Of a stretch of 64,000 bases of DNA, positions 60,394-64,000 are shown piece by piece; position 1 is the stretch's first letter, and every line of letters begins with the position of its first letter. A program made the position numbers and the translations under genes. This DNA is from Mycoplasmatota bacterium WC30. Its GTDB lineage: Bacteria > Bacillota_I > Bacilli_A > Izemoplasmatales > Hujiaoplasmataceae. The notes beneath the pieces were generated by a model. It saw only the letters and a list, made by a program, of their open reading frames with translations. It was not told where the DNA came from and searched no databases. The stretch spans positions 1,694,556 to 1,758,555 of the forward strand of contig CP134495.1 of assembly GCA_046529635.1 (NCBI GenBank), read 5' to 3'.

Positions 60394-61502
60394 TGAGTGA
60401 ATTTAAAAATATGAAAGAAAAAGAGAATTTAAATGACATTGATCAAAATGAAAATGTAATTGAATCTTCTGTCAAAGAATTAGCTATAGTCAGTACTGCA
60501 AAAGTAATCAGTCCTGGCAAAATGGTTCTTAGAAGATTTTTCAAAAGCAAATTGTCTTTGATCGGATTAGTAACATTACTATTGTTATTTATATTTTCAT
60601 TTATTGGACCACTAGTATCACCTTATGGTGAAGTAGAAATTACTGGTGATTATAAATGGGTAGTATCAGTACTGCCTCACAAAATTGTTGTTTCTGAAAT
60701 TAATGATGAAACAGGATTAGAAGAAGATGTCGTATATGATTTTTTTGAAGTAAGTGAACCTTACAAAGTATATACAAAAACGTTACCCTCTTGGGAACAC
60801 ATTTTTGGAACCGACCAATACGGTTATGATGTATTTACTAGATTAATGTATGGTGGTCGGGTATCGCTGCTCTTAGGGTTTATTGTTATTTTCTCAGAAG
60901 TTGTAGTAGGCGTATTTTTTGGATCGCTAGCTGGATATTTTGGTCGCTGGGTAGATCAATTAATAATGCGTATTGTTGACGTATTTAACTGTTTACCAGG
61001 ATTACCAATCTTAATGTTAGCATCTGCTTTAATCGATAGTTGGGGGGTACCGGCAAGACTCCGGATTTACTACCTCATGGGGATTCTGACCTTCTTTGGC
61101 TGGGCAGGATTTGCTAGACTATCCCGTGGCCAAATTCTAGGTATACGTGAATTAGAATATATGTTGGCTGCCGAAGCCACAGGTCTTAGTACAAGACGTA
61201 AAATATTTAAACACATTTTGCCAAATATTATGCCACAAATTATAGTTTCAGCTACTTTGGGACTTGGTGGTATTATTCTGACTGAATCTACATTATCATT
61301 TTTAGGTTTAGGTGTTCCTTTCCCATATGCCGCCTGGGGAACTATGATTAGTTCTACTAGTGGTGGTGCAGGTAGAGATATCCTTCAAAACTATCCTGGT
61401 ATTTGGGTTCCTGCGGGTATCTGTATCGTGTTAGCTGTTTTGGCTTTCAATTTTGTTGGCGATGGGCTACGTGATGCTTTTGACCCTAAGATGAAGAGAT
61501 AG
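60393..61502 (+). CDS. oppC: oligopeptide ABC transporter permease
   Basis: Its ATG overlaps the oppB stop. OppC-like topology. Confidence 0.7.
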   Translation: MSEFKNMKEKENLNDIDQNENVIESSVKELAIVSTAKVISPGKMVLRRFFKSKLSLIGLVTLLLLFIFSFIGPLVSPYGEVEITGDYKWVVSVLPHKIVVSEINDETGLEEDVVYDFFEVSEPYKVYTKTLPSWEHIFGTDQYGYDVFTRLMYGGRVSLLLGFIVIFSEVVVGVFFGSLAGYFGRWVDQLIMRIVDVFNCLPGLPILMLASALIDSWGVPARLRIYYLMGILTFFGWAGFARLSRGQILGIRELEYMLAAEATGLSTRRKIFKHILPNIMPQIIVSATLGLGGIILTESTLSFLGLGVPFPYAAWGTMISSTSGGAGRDILQNYPGIWVPAGICIVLAVLAFNFVGDGLRDAFDPKMKR

Positions 61503-61511
61503 GTGAATAAT

Positions 61512-62732
61512 ATGACTAAAATTAAAGAAAGACTTGGAAAAAGCAAACAAAGAAAAAAAGAACTAAATAAACATTATATTAGTTCTAGTGATATTAAAAA
61601 AACTGCAAAAGAAAATCACAAGATTATTCGTGCAATGGAAAAGAAAAACAATCGAAGAAATGTTCCTGAAGAGGAATATCTTACTACTATGAGAGATCCA
61701 AATAACATTGTTGAATTTGATGACCTTCATGCTTTCTTCTATACAGATTCAGGTGTTGTAAAAGCAGTTGATGGTGTATCTTTTGATATACCTAAAAGAT
61801 GTATAGTTGGTGTAGTAGGTGAAAGTGGTTGTGGTAAAAGTGTAACTAGTTTATCATTAATGAAGCTTCTACAAAGCCCTCAAGGGCAAATACACAGTGG
61901 CTCAATTCGTTACGCAGCTAAAGATGGAAAGTGCTATGATATAGCTAATGTTCCAAAAGTCGATATGAATAAGATTCGTGGAAAAGAAATGAGTATGATC
62001 TTCCAAGAACCAATGACCAGCTTAAACCCTGTATTTAGAATTGGTGATCAATTGGATGAAATTTTATTCTTGCATTTCCCAGGAATCACAAAAGAAGAAG
62101 CAAAACAAAAATCTATCGATATGTTAAAACTTGTTAATATAGCAATGCCAGATAAAATCTATAGAGCATATCCACATGAATTATCAGGAGGAATGCGTCA
62201 AAGAGTTGTTATTGCTATGGCATTATCTTGTGATCCTAATTTAATTATCGCAGATGAACCTACAACAGCATTAGATGTTACAATTCAAGCACAAATTCTT
62301 GATTTACTTCGTGACATTAAACTTAAAATTGATGGATCAATTATGTTGATTACACATGATTTAGGTGTTATTGCTGAAATGGCTGACTATGTGGTTGTTA
62401 TGTACGCAGGAAGAATTATAGAAAAAGGAACTGTAAAGGAAATATTTAAAAAACCTATGCATCCTTATACTGTTGGGCTACAAAAGAGTATTCCAGCGTT
62501 GAACCTTAATGCTGAAACGCTTTATACTATTCCAGGTAATGTTCCAAACCCAATTAATTTACCAGATTTTTGTTACTTCCGAGATCGTTGTAATAAAAAA
62601 TTTGATAAATGTGATGGACCATATCCAAAACTAAGTAATATTTCAGGATCTCATAAAGTTGCATGTCATTTATTTACTGAAATGGCTGCAGAATATGAAA
62701 ATAGTAAAGTGGGTGGAAAAAATGGCAAGTAA
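61512..62732 (+). CDS. oppD: oligopeptide ABC transporter ATP-binding protein with 80-aa N-terminal extension
   Basis: Walker A GESGCGKS, signature LSGGMRQRV, and a C-terminal oligopeptide-transporter Cys motif. RBS AGGTG. Confidence 0.8.
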   Translation: MTKIKERLGKSKQRKKELNKHYISSSDIKKTAKENHKIIRAMEKKNNRRNVPEEEYLTTMRDPNNIVEFDDLHAFFYTDSGVVKAVDGVSFDIPKRCIVGVVGESGCGKSVTSLSLMKLLQSPQGQIHSGSIRYAAKDGKCYDIANVPKVDMNKIRGKEMSMIFQEPMTSLNPVFRIGDQLDEILFLHFPGITKEEAKQKSIDMLKLVNIAMPDKIYRAYPHELSGGMRQRVVIAMALSCDPNLIIADEPTTALDVTIQAQILDLLRDIKLKIDGSIMLITHDLGVIAEMADYVVVMYAGRIIEKGTVKEIFKKPMHPYTVGLQKSIPALNLNAETLYTIPGNVPNPINLPDFCYFRDRCNKKFDKCDGPYPKLSNISGSHKVACHLFTEMAAEYENSKVGGKNGK

Positions 62733-63792
62733 TCAAAAAATAGAAAAAGAAAAAACGCCTACTAAAAGCAGTACTGCACAAAAAAATCAACCAAAAGAAC
62801 GTACAAGCAAAGAAGGCTCTGAAAGAGAGATATTAGTTGTAAAAGACTTAAAAAAATATTTTCCTATTGGATCTAGTTGGATTGAAAAAAATAAAAGCTA
62901 TGTTAAGGCAGTAGATGGGGTAAGTTTTTCCATTAAAGAAGGACGAACTCTTGGTGTTGTAGGCGAAAGTGGTTGTGGTAAAACTACACTTGGACGAACA
63001 ATATTAAGACTGTATAACATAACAGGTGGATCTGTAATCTATAATGATATAGACATTCGTAAAATATCAAGAAAAGAATTAACTAGACTTAGACCAAAAA
63101 TCCAAATTATATTTCAAGATCCATATTCAAGTTTGAGCCCTCGTATGACAATTGGGGAAATTATTGGTGAGGCAGTTAGAGAACACAAAATTGTACCACC
63201 ATCAGAATTCCGTGATTATATTTCTGGTGTAATGGAATCTTGTGGGTTACCACCGTATTATTACAGCCGTTACCCTCATGAATTCTCAGGCGGACAAAGA
63301 CAAAGAATATGTATTGCAAGGGCGTTAGCTCTAAAACCGGACCTAATTGTTTGTGACGAACCAGTAAGTGCTCTTGATGTTTCTATTCAAGCACAAATTA
63401 TCAATTTACTAGTAGAGTTACAGAAAAAGTTTGGGATTACATATATATTTATCTCACATGATTTATCAGTTGTTGAATACATTTCAGATGAAATTATGGT
63501 TATGTATTTAGGTAGTGTAGTGGAACAAGGAAATAGAGAACAAATTTTTGAAAATCCAATGCACCCATATACAAACGCTCTTTTGTCAGCTATACCAATT
63601 CCTGACCCTGAAGCGAAAACAACCCGTATAATTTTAGAAGGAGATATTCCAAGTCCTGCAAATCCACCAAAAGGTTGTAAATTCCATACTAGATGTTCAA
63701 AATGTATGGAGATATGTAAGACAGTTGATCCGAAATTAAAAGAATATGAGAGTGGACATCAAGTAGCGTGTCATTTGTTTTCTCAAGAATAG
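62722..63792 (+). CDS. oppF: oligopeptide ABC transporter ATP-binding protein
   Basis: Walker [10 protein letters not shown], signature [12 protein letters not shown] 62722 follows GGGTGG and overlaps the oppD end. Confidence 0.8.
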   Translation: MASNQKIEKEKTPTKSSTAQKNQPKERTSKEGSEREILVVKDLKKYFPIGSSWIEKNKSYVKAVDGVSFSIKEGRTLGVVGESGCGKTTLGRTILRLYNITGGSVIYNDIDIRKISRKELTRLRPKIQIIFQDPYSSLSPRMTIGEIIGEAVREHKIVPPSEFRDYISGVMESCGLPPYYYSRYPHEFSGGQRQRICIARALALKPDLIVCDEPVSALDVSIQAQIINLLVELQKKFGITYIFISHDLSVVEYISDEIMVMYLGSVVEQGNREQIFENPMHPYTNALLSAIPIPDPEAKTTRIILEGDIPSPANPPKGCKFHTRCSKCMEICKTVDPKLKEYESGHQVACHLFSQE

Positions 63793-63803
63793 AGATGTGA
63801 AAG

Positions 63804-64000
63804 ATGTTGAATAAAAAAGAGAAAAAAGTAGATGTCATAGATGACGGACGAACCATTTCAGACATGAATGTTGATGGGTTTTCTTGGTATCAAAGCAAGA
63901 AAACAATGAAAAAGAAGCGAAAACTTATGGATCTTAATTTGTTGCCAAAAGAGAGATGGGCTATCATTAAAGGAGCATACTTAGCTTACCTGCCAGTATT
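63804..64000 (+). CDS. hypothetical protein (3' partial, continues beyond window)
   Basis: The ORF MLNKKEKKVDVIDDGRT... runs off the window end. Confidence 0.3.
   Translation, partial: MLNKKEKKVDVIDDGRTISDMNVDGFSWYQSKKTMKKKRKLMDLNLLPKERWAIIKGAYLAYLPV

Noticed and set aside
1-64000. Search for tRNA, rRNA, transposase, integrase and phage genes
   Set aside because: No cloverleaf-compatible conserved tRNA motifs, rRNA-like GC-rich blocks, or recombinase/transposase ORFs were seen. The window therefore does not appear to be a mobile island.

Overview
The window is a 64-kb, roughly 30% GC chromosomal segment read with the standard genetic code. It looks like a low-GC Gram-positive or Mollicute-like (Acholeplasma-type) anaerobe: lipoproteins carry Thr/Ala-rich linkers, there is an oversized OppA with the full OppBCDF set, a membrane H+-pyrophosphatase, NfnAB, and a flotillin/NfeD pair. 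I saw no rRNA, tRNA, CRISPR array, transposase or integrase, so it reads as a core/accessory mix rather than a mobile island. Gene content, left to right:
- a 5'-truncated PAS-GGDEF-HD-GYP c-di-GMP signalling protein;
- a GNAT acetyltransferase, XRE and AraC/GyrI-like regulators, and a HAD hydrolase;
- a two-gene BadF/BcrA-type tandem-ATPase 'activase' plus HgdB/DCCP-like partner;
- a cold-shock protein with a strong promoter and terminator;
- a nucleoside hydrolase, a vWA lipoprotein, a nitroreductase and a purine nucleoside phosphorylase;
- a sulfur cluster: CoA-disulfide reductase with rhodanese domain, YeeE/TsuA-like transporter, and a NitT/TauT-type ABC transporter;
- a CotH-like lipoprotein followed by a cytoplasmic gamma-glutamyltransferase;
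- an M1-family zinc peptidase lipoprotein, a PD-(D/E)xK-like protein, a SemiSWEET/PQ-loop protein and an ANT(6)-like nucleotidyltransferase;
- NfeD-flotillin, ZupT, a tandem-RCK membrane protein, NfnAB, ferritin, PepF, H+-PPase and YjbQ;
- an S41-like lipoprotein, a Listeria-Bacteroides-repeat lipoprotein and the Opp operon.
The most unusual locus sits at 49.2-50.8 kb. An RNPP/Rgg-type HTH-TPR regulator is divergently paired with a small secreted protein built from four to five in-frame 42-bp tandem repeats of the acidic unit LLDFEDSGEPEYIL. A 24-codon aromatic-rich ORF lies just downstream of the regulator. I read this as a candidate multi-copy peptide-pheromone / quorum-sensing module.
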